64,000 nucleotides of DNA from Candidatus Dojkabacteria bacterium (GCA_016932045.1 JAFGDO010000010.1:1759-65758), one strand, 5' to 3'; shown: positions 19,571 through 30,883, numbered from the stretch's first letter. Notes: generated from the sequence alone by a model not told the origin. A program made the numbers and translations.

Positions 19571-20731
19571 TTGGTAACAATTTTTACTATGAAAGAAAAG
19601 CTGGAAATACTTGTGAAACAACTTAATCCGAAGTACACAAAGATCAATGAGCCGCTATCAAATCACACCACATTAAAAATCGGAGGACCCGCAGACATTT
19701 TATACGAAGCTTTTGATACAAAAGATCTTGTGAATACTGTAAAACTAGCTAAACTCCAGGAAATACCAGTTACAGTACTCGGCAGGGGGAGTAATGTTCT
19801 TGTTTCTGACGATGGCATCCGTGGGCTTGTTATTCAAAACCTAAGTAAAACCATAAAGATAGGTGGTGAAAAGCCTGTGCACGAAGACCATGTTGAAGTG
19901 ACAGCAAGATGGGAGTCGGATCACAAAGAAGGCACTTTTCGCGGTATAGAATTTAAAGATCTTGATTATGATGAGTCGGACAAGGACCGAATCGAAGTGG
20001 TCATGGATAGTGGGGTAGATCTCCCATTTGCACTGAAATACACGTTAGACAAAGAAATTACTGGCCTGCAGTGGTATGCAGGAATACCAGGAACTATTGG
20101 AGGAGCAGTTTTCAATAATATTCATGGTGGAACGCACTTTTTGAGTGAAATACTGGAAAGCGTAAAAATCATAAATAAAGAACTGGAAATTAAAGAATTA
20201 AGAATTAAAGACCTAGGTGTTGATTATGATAAAAGTAGATTTCATGATACAGGGGAGATAATCTTGCAAGCAACGTTCAATCTTTATAAAGGAGATAGCC
20301 AAAAAGCTAAGCTTACTGCCCTAGAATGGGCAAAAAGGAAGAAAATTCAACCGCGAAACTCTCCTGGTTGCGTCTTTGCAAACATTACCCAGGAGCAAAA
20401 GGAAAGACTTAAGTACCCAACAACCGCTGTTGGCTATATAATCGAGCACGTAGTAAAAATGTCCGGTTTTAAAATAGGGGATGCAGCTATATACAAAGAA
20501 CACCACAACTTTGTAGTGAACAAAGGAGATGCTACTGCGAATGATTATTTAGCAGTAATGAAGGAAATGCATAAAAGAGTAAAAGAGGAAATTGGCATCG
20601 AATTAGTTCCTGAAATTATACTACTTGGCTTTAAGCCAGAGGAAATAAGAGAATTCACGAAAGAGGAGCAGAAAGAACTTAGAAAGGTAAGAAATAAGGA
20701 AATAAAGACGGTATACAAGAGTAAGGTCTGA
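19571..20731 (+). CDS. murB: UDP-N-acetylenolpyruvoylglucosamine reductase (MurB) with insertions.
   Basis: A FAD-binding N-terminus (LSNHTTLKIGGPADILYEA...VTVLGRGSNVLVSD). The protein is 386 aa, against about 300 for typical MurB. Confidence 0.8.
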   Translation: MVTIFTMKEKLEILVKQLNPKYTKINEPLSNHTTLKIGGPADILYEAFDTKDLVNTVKLAKLQEIPVTVLGRGSNVLVSDDGIRGLVIQNLSKTIKIGGEKPVHEDHVEVTARWESDHKEGTFRGIEFKDLDYDESDKDRIEVVMDSGVDLPFALKYTLDKEITGLQWYAGIPGTIGGAVFNNIHGGTHFLSEILESVKIINKELEIKELRIKDLGVDYDKSRFHDTGEIILQATFNLYKGDSQKAKLTALEWAKRKKIQPRNSPGCVFANITQEQKERLKYPTTAVGYIIEHVVKMSGFKIGDAAIYKEHHNFVVNKGDATANDYLAVMKEMHKRVKEEIGIELVPEIILLGFKPEEIREFTKEEQKELRKVRNKEIKTVYKSKV

Positions 20732-20786
20732 ATTTTTTCGGACCTCAATAGGAATCGAAATAACTATTTAATGTTACTAATTCTCA

Positions 20787-21590
20787 ATGAAAATAAGACA
20801 CCTACAACTAAATACTTCTGTTCTAAAACACCCGCAAAAAGTGATGGATTTCATCACTAAAAAGAACGTTGATGTTGCCTGTCTTCAAGAAATTGTTTAT
20901 CCAATCAGTAAAGAAAGCCCAATGAGAAAGTTATCTAAAAAAACCGGGTATAACTACGAAGAAGGAGTCCACTTCTACTTTCTACCAGATAACAAGACTG
21001 TAGCGATGGCTATTCTTTCTAAATGGAAAGTAATAGAGAAAACACTCCATTACTACAATACAACAAGTTATGAACCCAAAGAATTGAGGAAAGAGAAACT
21101 CATAAGTGTGAATCTGCTTGACGACAAAAAAGAGGCTGATTTTCCAGCCTCAAGAGGCCTAAAACACTGGGTAAAGTCGAGATGCATCATAAATACCCTT
21201 ATAGATGCTCCAAAAGGACTTTTAAGGGTCATAACTTCACATAACACTGTCTCAAGTCTTTGTACTGAAACAGTACAAATGTACGAAATGGCTCAGATGG
21301 TAAATTCTATAGTAAAACATGCTAAAAAGTATCCTACTATATATTCAGCTGATCTAAATATACGGCCGCAATCGTATTCAGTAAAGAAAATCTCTGAAGT
21401 AATGACATGTCATACAGAAGATTTTACAGATACATTGGCGAAGTCACATGTTGCAAAAAAGAAAGACTTTCCCGAAGGCCTAGCTGTCGATCACGTATTC
21501 TCTATTGGACTGAAACACTTAGAAACAAAACTTGAAGATGTAGATTTTTCTGAACACAAAGCTGTGCTATCAGAATTCGAACTCTTTTAG
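20787..21590 (+). CDS. Endonuclease/exonuclease/phosphatase (EEP) family protein.
   Basis: VDVACLQEI matches the characteristic EEP N-terminal metal-binding motif. A C-terminal DH motif (AVDHVFS) is also present. Confidence 0.6.
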   Translation: MKIRHLQLNTSVLKHPQKVMDFITKKNVDVACLQEIVYPISKESPMRKLSKKTGYNYEEGVHFYFLPDNKTVAMAILSKWKVIEKTLHYYNTTSYEPKELRKEKLISVNLLDDKKEADFPASRGLKHWVKSRCIINTLIDAPKGLLRVITSHNTVSSLCTETVQMYEMAQMVNSIVKHAKKYPTIYSADLNIRPQSYSVKKISEVMTCHTEDFTDTLAKSHVAKKKDFPEGLAVDHVFSIGLKHLETKLEDVDFSEHKAVLSEFELF

Positions 21591-21610
21591 GACTATATTC
21601 ATCTCCTGAA

Positions 21611-21630
21611 CAAGGGGCTTAAGCCCCTTG
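21611..21630. repeat. Palindromic element CAAGGGGCTTAAGCCCCTTG (copy).
   Basis: A perfect 20-nt palindrome just after the EEP gene. The same element recurs at 30753 and 32434, with a degenerate copy at 19411. Confidence 0.55.
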
Positions 21631-21851
21631 CCTAGATCACAACATACTCAACCTATAAACAACATTCGGTATTTATGATAGGATTGAAGTAGCTAAACAC
21701 ATAGTTGCATAGTTACATAGCTAAGGAATTAAATAGATACTTGGCACTTTAGCTATTTAACTATCAGACTATGTAACTATTGAAGGATTATCTAACAAAT
21801 TGCACTTAATATTATCAATAATTATTTTCAAAATTTAAAAAGGCAATAATA

Positions 21852-23645
21852 ATGATTATCAAACTGCACCCGAATCTCATAAACAAAATTGCGGCAGGAG
21901 AGGTTGTAGAACGTCCAGCCTCAGTTCTAAAAGAGCTCATAGAGAATTCTATAGATGCTGACGCGACAAAGATTAGTATAAATCTTGAGAAAGCAGGCAC
22001 TGAGCATATCGAGGTAGTTGATAATGGAGTAGGGATGGATAAGGAAGATGCTAAACTTGCACTCGAGTCCCATACAACCTCAAAAATTTCCACTGTTCAA
22101 GACCTAGAAGCTATTGAAACAATGGGATTTAGAGGCGAAGCTCTAGCTTCAATAGCATCAGTATCACAATTTGAGCTCATAACTATGTCCGAAAAAGGAG
22201 AAGTTGGAACAAAAGTGACAGTACTTAAAAAAGGCAGCTTGAAAACAGAAGAATTTTCAACAAATCAGGGCACAAAAGTAGTTGTGAAGAATTTATTCTA
22301 TAACGTTCCTGCAAGACGGAAATTTTTAAGATCAATCAACACTGAGTACAAGCATATCTTAACTACTTTTCATAATTATGCCCTTGCATTTCCTCATATT
22401 CATTTCACTTTATCCCATAACAAAAAAACTGTCTATAATTTACCATCGGTAGGGAAGGAAAGTTTCAGTGATGAACTGCTAGTTAGAATTAATGATTTAC
22501 TAGGAAATCAAATTGCAACCAATCTAGTTCCGATTGTGTATAACTCTCCGTACATACAAATCAGCGGATTTGCAGGACACCCTAAAATAGCAAGGAGACA
22601 AAGGAGTTATCAGTTAATATTTTTGAACAGAAGACCGATCGCTGATAAATTAATTACAAAGGCAGTATATAACTCGTACCATGGTTTGATACCAAAGGAC
22701 AAGTATCCTATATTCTTCATGTTTTTGAAGATAGATCCATCGAAAATTGACGTAAACGTTCACCCCAGAAAAAGTGAGGTGCGCTTCTCAGATTCTCAAC
22801 TAATTTTCCGTTCTGTTATGGACAGCGCCAAACACTCGCTCCTAAAGTTTTTAAAAAGCGATGCGGAGAGAGCTATTGACACATACTCGCACCTCACGAA
22901 AAGAGTGCCAACCACTAGGGAAGAGGTTACAACATCAACTAAAGGTCAAAAAAGATGGTCTCAAATTGATCAATTTCCTAAGAGAGAATTTACCAAAGAG
23001 AATCTCATACAAGAATCGATAAAATTCACAAGGGCACTATTAAAAAGTGACGATTTAGTAAATTTCGCTATACCCAAATCTTTTCAAATTTTTAACAGTT
23101 ATATAGTTCTTGAGAAAGGTGACACAATTCAGATCATAGATCAGCATGCTGCAGCAGAAAGAGTGACATTCGAAAAACTAAATGAACAGTTTAAGAGAGG
23201 AACAGTTGAAACCCAGGAACTGCTTATTCCGGAAATTGTAGAACTCAACAAAGTACAATTCATAAATTTAACTGAGAATAGGGAAGGTCTTCATAAATTA
23301 GGCTTGAAAATATCTATATTTGGGAAAAAAGCCGTTAAAGTTACAGCCATACCGGCAATGTTAGCAAGGACCAATATCAAAGAGCTAATTCTTGATATTG
23401 TGTCCGAATTAGAAGAAACACAAGATAAAAATACCGAAAGCCTAGAAGACCAGATAGAACAACTCATAGCTACTATGGCATGTCATACAAGCATAAGAGC
23501 AGGAATGAAGCTGACTACTCGGGAAATAGATGATCTTATTAGAAAGTTATTAAAATGCAAGAATCAGTATGCCTGCCCGCACGGAAGACCTATCACGTGG
23601 GAGCTCAAACGTAAAGATCTTGAAAAGAATTTTGAGAGACATTAG
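21852..23645 (+). CDS. mutL: DNA mismatch repair protein MutL.
   Basis: GHKL ATPase N-terminal motifs (KIAAGEVVERPASVLKELIENSIDA, DNGVGM) and a C-terminal dimerisation/endonuclease region (ACHTSIRAG...CPHGRP). Confidence 0.9.
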   Translation: MIIKLHPNLINKIAAGEVVERPASVLKELIENSIDADATKISINLEKAGTEHIEVVDNGVGMDKEDAKLALESHTTSKISTVQDLEAIETMGFRGEALASIASVSQFELITMSEKGEVGTKVTVLKKGSLKTEEFSTNQGTKVVVKNLFYNVPARRKFLRSINTEYKHILTTFHNYALAFPHIHFTLSHNKKTVYNLPSVGKESFSDELLVRINDLLGNQIATNLVPIVYNSPYIQISGFAGHPKIARRQRSYQLIFLNRRPIADKLITKAVYNSYHGLIPKDKYPIFFMFLKIDPSKIDVNVHPRKSEVRFSDSQLIFRSVMDSAKHSLLKFLKSDAERAIDTYSHLTKRVPTTREEVTTSTKGQKRWSQIDQFPKREFTKENLIQESIKFTRALLKSDDLVNFAIPKSFQIFNSYIVLEKGDTIQIIDQHAAAERVTFEKLNEQFKRGTVETQELLIPEIVELNKVQFINLTENREGLHKLGLKISIFGKKAVKVTAIPAMLARTNIKELILDIVSELEETQDKNTESLEDQIEQLIATMACHTSIRAGMKLTTREIDDLIRKLLKCKNQYACPHGRPITWELKRKDLEKNFERH

Positions 23646-23679
23646 TTGTAAGTTTAGATTCAAAAGAAACCTTTCACAG

Positions 23680-24999
23680 ATGAACAGATGCAAATATAAT
23701 ATTCTGAAGCTTAAAAACGGATTGAAGGTTTTAGTTTACCCTCAAAGTCATGTAAATTCTATCTCAGTAAGCGCAGCAGTTAGAGCAGGACACATAAGTG
23801 AAAATCCCGAAGAAAATGGAATAGCTCACCTACTTGAGCATACACTCTTTGATGGAACTCAAGAATTCCCGACCTATCAAGATTTAACTGATTTTTTCGA
23901 TAAGATGGCAGGAGGGTATAGTGGTTCAACCTCGCTTGAGACGATTAATTTATTCGGAACTTTTGTAGATGAAGAGATGCAAAATGCATTCTATACTCTC
24001 GAACAGATCTTGTTTCATCCTTTAATATCAGAAAAAGATGTGGCGCGAGAAAAAGATGTGCTTATGAATGAGCTTTCAGAGTACGAGGACTCTCCTGATT
24101 ACCTACATTTCCTTGAAACAAAAAAACTTAGATTTAAGGGGAAGACAATTCTTTCGATGCCACCAGGAGGTACATCGGAAAGTGTCCGGGAGATTAACTC
24201 AAATCAAATTAAAGCTTTCCATCAAAAATATTTCCAACCAGGCAATATCAATATTGTAATCGCAGGAAGATGTAATACAAGAGATGTGGAAAGAGTAGTG
24301 CAAAAAACATTTCAAAGCAAAGAAAATAAGAAAGTCGCACATAAAGAATTCTCATACAAGCAGTTTTCGGACAAAGCAATAAAGATTCTTGCCAGACGAT
24401 CAAAAAAAGCTTATATACGGATAACTTTTCCCTCGTTAAGCTGGAAACACCCCTCAATTGAAAGAGTCGCCTTAAATTATCTTTGTACTCTTTTTTCAAA
24501 TCATAGAGCTAGCTTGCTTTACTCTAAACTCAGAGAAAAGCTAGGCTGGATATATGATATTGGTACGGATCACTATGTAGGTTTTGATATAGGAGCTCTT
24601 GAAATCATAACCTCAACTCCTCCTGAAAAGAGTTTACTTGTTACCGAGGAAATTTTAAAGGCCATCAAGCATGTGAGAACCCATATATTTGATATAAAAA
24701 GGATAAAACAGCTTGTGGAGATTGACCGAAAGAACATGAAGATGTCGCTTGATACAACAGAAGATATAGTTAACTGGTTTCAGGGTGAGATGATTTACCG
24801 ATATCCTAAAATAATGCTTCCAAAAGACTTCATTGAAGTATATAATGAAATTGATGCTAAACTCGTCCAGAAGGTTGCTAGAGATGTTTTTGATTGGAAG
24901 AGACTTAATATCTGTGTTTTACAGCAATTAAGTCCTATCAAAAGAGCTCAATTCAGATCAAGAATTAATGGGCTGATTGATAAATATTCGGAGGAATAG
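23680..24999 (+). CDS. M16 family zinc peptidase (insulinase-like).
   Basis: An HxxEH inverted zinc motif (HLLEHTLF). The ORF-track start at 23569 overlaps mutL, so the likely start is the internal ATG at 23680 (MNRCKYN...). Confidence 0.8.
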   Translation: MNRCKYNILKLKNGLKVLVYPQSHVNSISVSAAVRAGHISENPEENGIAHLLEHTLFDGTQEFPTYQDLTDFFDKMAGGYSGSTSLETINLFGTFVDEEMQNAFYTLEQILFHPLISEKDVAREKDVLMNELSEYEDSPDYLHFLETKKLRFKGKTILSMPPGGTSESVREINSNQIKAFHQKYFQPGNINIVIAGRCNTRDVERVVQKTFQSKENKKVAHKEFSYKQFSDKAIKILARRSKKAYIRITFPSLSWKHPSIERVALNYLCTLFSNHRASLLYSKLREKLGWIYDIGTDHYVGFDIGALEIITSTPPEKSLLVTEEILKAIKHVRTHIFDIKRIKQLVEIDRKNMKMSLDTTEDIVNWFQGEMIYRYPKIMLPKDFIEVYNEIDAKLVQKVARDVFDWKRLNICVLQQLSPIKRAQFRSRINGLIDKYSEE

Positions 25000-25063
25000 T
25001 AGTTGGATGGTCGAAGCCAATCAGCTAATAAGCTAAAAGCTAACAAGCTAAAAAGCTAATAAA

Positions 25064-26083
25064 ATGAACCAAAAAGAACTAGCCGAAATAAAACAAGCAA
25101 TTCTTAAAAAGGTTGAAGAATTCGACACCTTCGCCTGTCTAGTTTCAGATCCTGATGAGGACGCTATTGCTTCAGGCCTTGCAATGGAAGAAGTTCTTGA
25201 ACAGCTCGGGAAAAACGTAAAACTTTATACAAGCTATGACGTAGAAGACTATTCTTATCTGCCTCGAAGTGAAAAGTATATACATCAAGATATTGCCTCG
25301 GTTGATTTAAGTATATTTGAATGTTTAATATTTCTTGATTGTGCCAGTCCTGAGAGGGTTTTACTGCCGCATGCAAGGATTGAGGAGTTTAAACTGCCTG
25401 ATAACGTTTTCGTTATTAATATAGACCATCATGAAACCAAAGAACCGTTTGGTGATTTAAATTATATTTCAACAAGCTTATCTTCATCTTCCGAAGGTAT
25501 TTATGATATTTTCAAAGACAAAGTAAAGCTTACACCATCTCTTTCTACAAATTTGCTTGCTGCAATAATAGGTGACACCGACTGCTTTAAACATACCGCT
25601 ATTACTACGCCAAAAACACTAAGGATTGCCGCAGATCTAATTGAGAATAATGCAAAGCATAAGCTTATCATTCAGAATATCTTTTATTCCTTTGCTGAAA
25701 AAGTAGTTGATTTGAATATAGATGCGATAAAAAACATAAAGGTAAAGCAGGTCGGGAAATACAGATATGCCTATGCAACATTTAACCCCAAAAAATTTGG
25801 TTTCACAGATGTCACAAGAGATCAAAGAGCACTAACACAGGAAAATGTGATTAGGACCATTAAGGGCATCGACTTTTCAATTGTAATTACTCCACTTGAA
25901 GATGGGATAATTAAACTTTCCTTTCGCTCTTCGAATGTTTACGTAAGACCTATAGGTGAACACTTCGGTGGAGGAGGGCACAATGAAGCTGCGGGAGCAA
26001 CTATCAATATGACAGAAAAAGAATTCTGGCAAAAGTTAGAAAAATATCTTGAGACTGCAGAATTACCCGAAATCAAAAATTGA
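25064..26083 (+). CDS. DHH/DHHA1 phosphoesterase (NrnA-like oligoribonuclease/pAp phosphatase).
   Basis: A DHH motif (INIDHHE) and a DHHA1 GGGH motif (FGGGGHNEAAG). Confidence 0.8.
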   Translation: MNQKELAEIKQAILKKVEEFDTFACLVSDPDEDAIASGLAMEEVLEQLGKNVKLYTSYDVEDYSYLPRSEKYIHQDIASVDLSIFECLIFLDCASPERVLLPHARIEEFKLPDNVFVINIDHHETKEPFGDLNYISTSLSSSSEGIYDIFKDKVKLTPSLSTNLLAAIIGDTDCFKHTAITTPKTLRIAADLIENNAKHKLIIQNIFYSFAEKVVDLNIDAIKNIKVKQVGKYRYAYATFNPKKFGFTDVTRDQRALTQENVIRTIKGIDFSIVITPLEDGIIKLSFRSSNVYVRPIGEHFGGGGHNEAAGATINMTEKEFWQKLEKYLETAELPEIKN

Positions 26084-26936
26084 ATTTTTCATTCTTACAT
26101 AAATTCTCGTAAAAATATACTTCGCAACGTTCTTTTTTCACAAGATGCTATCATTACTACAAGACAAGCTGTGAAACGCCGGTTCCACAGAATTATCCAC
26201 AAGTAATCTCCATCCGTGATCATTCCCAGACACAAACAACATTAAAACTGTGCATTTCTAGAACACAAGAAGGCTAGTATCCGCACATACCAGATCTTTC
26301 AACTTTATTCATCATTATATTATACCCACTACTCGTACCATCTCCTACGATATTACCAACGATATTAAGCTATCTACTATAAGTTGCACAGACCACTAGC
26401 TTAATATATAATCACGGCAACCATGCAAGTGCGAAAAAATGATCAAAATAGTCAATTTATTTTAAGGACCTTTTTTAAGATTCTAACCGCCTCTGTTTAT
26501 ATAAATCTGTTTTTCGGTCTCACGACTCCACTCTTGCTAAATAAATAACTAAGAATCAATTTCCAATCCACGATCTACAATCTACAATTAAACAACATGT
26601 CAATATAGCAATATAGCAATATATCAATTATACAATTATTCAATGATTCGCTTGAGAATCAAGAATGAAGAATTAAAAATTAACAATGAAACAATTTGGC
26701 AATGCAACTATTCCATTATTATAAGCTCTAGGAAATATTTTTCTTCCTCCAGCATCTACTTCTATTTTCCTATTCTCCATCAAAGAGAAGACTACATTTA
26801 CAATTAAGGGTGTACATACTCTACCAGGCTTAATGCAACTTGCATTTTTTCTATATTTATGAGTAAATTAATATGCTTATATTAAATAGAGATATAACTT
26901 CATTTATTAAAATATAAAATTTTAATCCCACCAAAA

Positions 26937-29900
26937 ATGTTTAAAGCTCTATTCCAAGTAAGAAAATTTTCCTCAAAAGTGTTACCTTTAGCGGTAACTT
27001 TTTTTATATTAGGAAATTATTTTCTTCCTTTATTTAACATTGTCGATTTTAGTGTAAATGCAGCACCAAATGTACCAACCAATCTTGGGTGGAATACATC
27101 TGCAACTCATCCTGGTAATCCTGGATACAGACCAGTTGAAATTACCTGCGGAGGATATACGAATCAAAACTCAGTAGCTCATAACTGGAGTGATGAGTCT
27201 GCAAGTGGTGCAGTAAGTTACGAGAGACAATGGCGGGCACCTGGATCTGCAACTTGGAGTACAGATCCAACTTCATACGTTAATCCTTACACCTCATTTA
27301 GTTCTTTTGGTGGAGGTGGAGGCACAGAGGGAATATGGAATACAAGAGTACGAGGATATGATGCTACCGGAGATCCAAGTGCTTGGAGCAATGAATGCCA
27401 AATCACATATGATGTAACCGCCCCAGTTGTACAAATAACCAGCCCAGGTGACGGAAATGTACTTAACGGCTTTGTAGACATACGAGGAAGTGTCACTGAC
27501 ACTAATCCTGATCATTATTATCTTGTTGTAAGAGAATTAGATAACACAGTAATTGATGGTCCTGGCACTGTTTACAGGTATGACTCTTTCACAGATGAAT
27601 TGCTTTTTACATGGGACACTACTTCAGTTACAGACGGGGATTATATAATCCATCTGGCCGCTCGAGATGCTGCTGGGAATAGAGATGATGCGGCCGGATC
27701 ACTTCATAGGATAACAGTAACAGTAGATAACACAGCACCGCCAACTCCTTCTCTTGTTTGGCCAACAGATGGTGCAGTTATTCATCCATCTATAGCTATT
27801 CTTGATTGGACTGATGAAACCGATCCGCATGGACCTGTTACTTACAACTATCAAAGCTCTTGGAGCGGTGGTTCTTTTGGTCCTGTTTCTACTGGCACAA
27901 ATTCTTTTATAAATGCTACTGGCAGTGCTGATAATACTTATCTATGGTAAGTTCAGGCCTGTGATAGTTTAAACAATTGCAGTGCCTGGTCAGGTCCTTG
28001 GGAAGTCACTATTGACGGCACTCCACCTTACTCAAATTTCCTAACTCCAACTGATAATTCCTACCATAACTCTCCCATTAATATTTCCGGATTAACAGCC
28101 GACGATGGAAGTGGAGTAGATTATGTTGATATATCCTGGACTACTTATAATGGAGCATCTTGTGACGACTTGAGCTGGGCTTACCTTACAACATTTGATA
28201 ACACGGATAATGATACACCTTTTAACTGGCCGGAGTCCCCTTACGCTTGGACTCCAGCATCAGAGGGAAGCTACTGTCTTATGGCTGAAGGTACTGATAA
28301 TGCCGGTAATCTGGAAACAACTGCATATGCAACCAATGTTGTTTATGATACGACAGCTCCATTGGTGCAAATTACAAACCCAAGCGACGGAGATCTGGTA
28401 AATGGAACTGTAAACATTCAAGGATCAGTAACCGATGATAATCTTTGGAGATACTGGTTTGTTGTACAAAATTCTGGAGGTACAACTGTAGCTGGACCAG
28501 GGACTGTCTATCATGACGGACCGATTGTAAATGTTAATTTGGGATGGGATACAACTGCTGTTCCTGATGGAGACTATACCATAAAACTTGAAGCACGTGA
28601 TAAAGCAGACAATAAAGATCCAATCGACTCTGTCCACTGGATAACAGTAACAGTAGATAATACAGCACCGCCAACCCCTTCTCTTGTTTGGCCGTCAGAT
28701 GGTGCCGTTATTCATCCATCCATAGCCATTCTTGATTGGACCGATGAAACTGATCCACATGGACCTGTTACATACAACTATCAAAGCTCCTGGAGCGGTG
28801 GCTCTTATGGCCCAGTTTCAACAGGAACGAATTCTTTCATTAACGCTACAGGTAGCGCTGATAATACTTACTTCTGGCAAGTTCAAGCTTGTGATAGTTT
28901 GAATAATTGTAGCGCTTGGTCGAGTCCTTGGGAAGTTACTATTGACAGTACACCTCCTTACTCTACATTCTTCGAACCAACAGATAATTCCTATCACAAT
29001 TCACCGATCGCAATTAGTGGACAGACAGCAGATGATGGAAGCGGTGTTGATTACGTAGATATATCATGGACCACCTATAACGGAGCATCTTGTGATGATT
29101 TAGGTTGGACATACCTAACAACATTTAACAATACTGATAATGACACGCCATTTAATTGGCCTGAATCCCCTTATGCTTGGACTCCAGCATCAGAAGGTAG
29201 CTATTGTCTGATGGCTGAAGGCACTGATAATGCGGGTAACCTTGAAACGACAGCTTACGCTACAAACGTTGTTTACGACACAACAGCTCCATATGTTGAG
29301 ATCACAGATCCTCTAGATGGTCAATATGTTAATGGTACTGTTGATATCTGGGGTTTTATCATAGATGATAATCTGAGTCACTATAATATTGCTATTTATC
29401 CAGGAGGTGTTGATACATGGAACTTTTCCGAAAGACTTGAACAACAGACAGTATACACATCAGAATTTGGAAATTCACAAATCTACTCGTGGGATACAAC
29501 AATCTATCCTGATGGGGACTATCAGATCCGTTTAGCTGCACGTGATTTAGCAGGTAATAGGGACCCGATGACTCCATCTTATCCCAATGAGATAGGAGAT
29601 TCAGTTCACATAATCACAGTTACAGTTGACAACACAGCTCCAACGGCTATGTTTGCAAATCAGTCTGTAGATGAGACAGTTACTTCATGGCCTGGGTATT
29701 CATTACTTGTGAGTTCTGAGCCAATAGTAAATATCAACTGTTCAACACTAGAGACACTGCCAAGAAATGCAGAAACCTTACCAAATCCAGTTGCCTTTAA
29801 CTGTACATTCGAGGACCTTGCGGGAAATCTTGGAACTAGTTCATATACAGTTACTGTAAATGATATTGTACCTTCAGTAGTTGTTAATCCTTCTAGTATA

Positions 29901-30719
29901 ACAGTTACTACAGCAGATCCTGCAGTCACACTTACAGCAACAGGAAGTGGTGGTAATGCACCATTAACTTATAGCTGGTCAGGAGCCTGCGCTGGTTCAA
30001 GTAGTACCACTACCGCTCCAAGTACAGTAGGAACACACGTCTGTACTGTAACAGTCACTGACGCTGATGGTGATACTGCTTCTGCAACAGCCACAGTTAC
30101 TGTAAATCCAGCTTCAACACCACCTGCCGGAGGACAACCAGGAACAGGTGCAGGAGGAGGAACTGTTGGCACACAGGTGACAGTTCTTGGTGCAGAAACC
30201 GGAGGTGAAGGAGAGGTAAACGGTGATGCAGAGTCAGACGAACAGGAAGAAGACGGTGAAGTCCTTGGAGAAGAAGAGTGTGAAAATAAATCTAAAGTAA
30301 GAGGCTACATCTACTATGATAACAATGACAATGATCAGAAGGATAAAGGAGAAGAAGGACTTGAAAGTATAGAGGTTAAAATCTATCTAGAAAAGGACGG
30401 AGAAAAAGATGTTGTAACAACAGAGAGAACAGATGAGAATGGATATTGGGAAGCAGAGGTTTGTCCGGGAGAATATAAAGCAGAGATAAATAAAGACGAT
30501 CTTCCCGAAAATGTCGCTCTCTCAAGCGATGAAGTTCTAGGACTTAGTGTAAAAGAAGATGAAGAAATGAATGATATAAACTTCACTGTAAAGAAAACCC
30601 AAGGAATTGACTTCAGCTGGTGGTGGTGTCTAGTACCTCTTGCTATAGTCGCTCTTGTTTATCTTGCCAGTAAATTCTTTAAGCCGAAAGAAGAACAGGA
30701 TGTTAAGGTCGGGATGTAG
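26937..30719 (+). pseudogene. Very large (~1260 aa) secreted or membrane-anchored repeat protein, interrupted by a single in-frame TAA at 27948-27950. The ORF track reports it as 26937..27950 plus 28170..30719.
   Basis: The two ORFs share a frame and the 27951-28169 interval has no stops. Homology to the downstream repeat runs straight across the stop, which is CAA (Gln) in the paralogous repeat at 28878. Other features are an N-terminal signal peptide, three tandem ~310-aa repeats, Ig-like domains, an SdrD-B/CnaB-like domain (RGYIYYDNNDND...TDENGYWEAEV) and a C-terminal TM anchor with a basic tail. Confidence 0.7.
27400..29640 (+). repeat. About 2.3 tandem copies of a ~930-nt intragenic repeat with roughly 85-90% nucleotide identity between copies.
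   Basis: For example, 27715-27945 against 28648-28878 are near-identical (ACAGTAACAGTAGATAACACAGCACCGCCAAC...). The units begin near 27420, 28350 and 29280. Confidence 0.6.
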
Positions 30720-30752
30720 CATGAGATATAGATAATAACAAAGTTTGAGAGA

Positions 30753-30778
30753 CAAGGGGCTTAAGCCCCTTGTTTTTT
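30753..30778 (+). terminator. Intrinsic terminator: CAAGGGGC-TTAA-GCCCCTTG hairpin followed by TTTTTT.
   Basis: A perfect palindrome followed by a T6 run, 34 nt after the stop of the large surface protein gene. The hairpin is a copy of the recurring palindromic element. Confidence 0.7.
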
Positions 30779-30883
30779 CTACCATTGATTTTGACTTCCA
30801 TTTATAAATATAATATTGCAAAGTAAAAAAACTTTTGCTAGAGTGTATGGAGTTATTAGTTTACATTATTTTTCCTACTGCCA

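Noticed and set aside
23569-23679. The 5' extension of the M16 peptidase ORF that overlaps mutL by 77 nt.
   Set aside because: The M16 domain alignment begins near the internal Met at 23680, so the overlap is more likely an ORF-calling artefact than a genuine overlapping gene.
26084-26936. Chromosomal replication origin.
   Set aside because: Only one perfect DnaA box is present and there is no adjacent dnaA, dnaN or gyrB. GC skew cannot be computed by hand, so it is kept only as a low-interest note.
27287-30586. Small ORFs on both strands within the giant surface protein gene (for example the + strand 28195..28401 and the minus-strand 27294..27515, 29660..29929, 29969..30172).
   Set aside because: They are shadow ORFs inside a long, repeat-supported coding frame: antisense ones on the minus strand and out-of-frame ones on the + strand.
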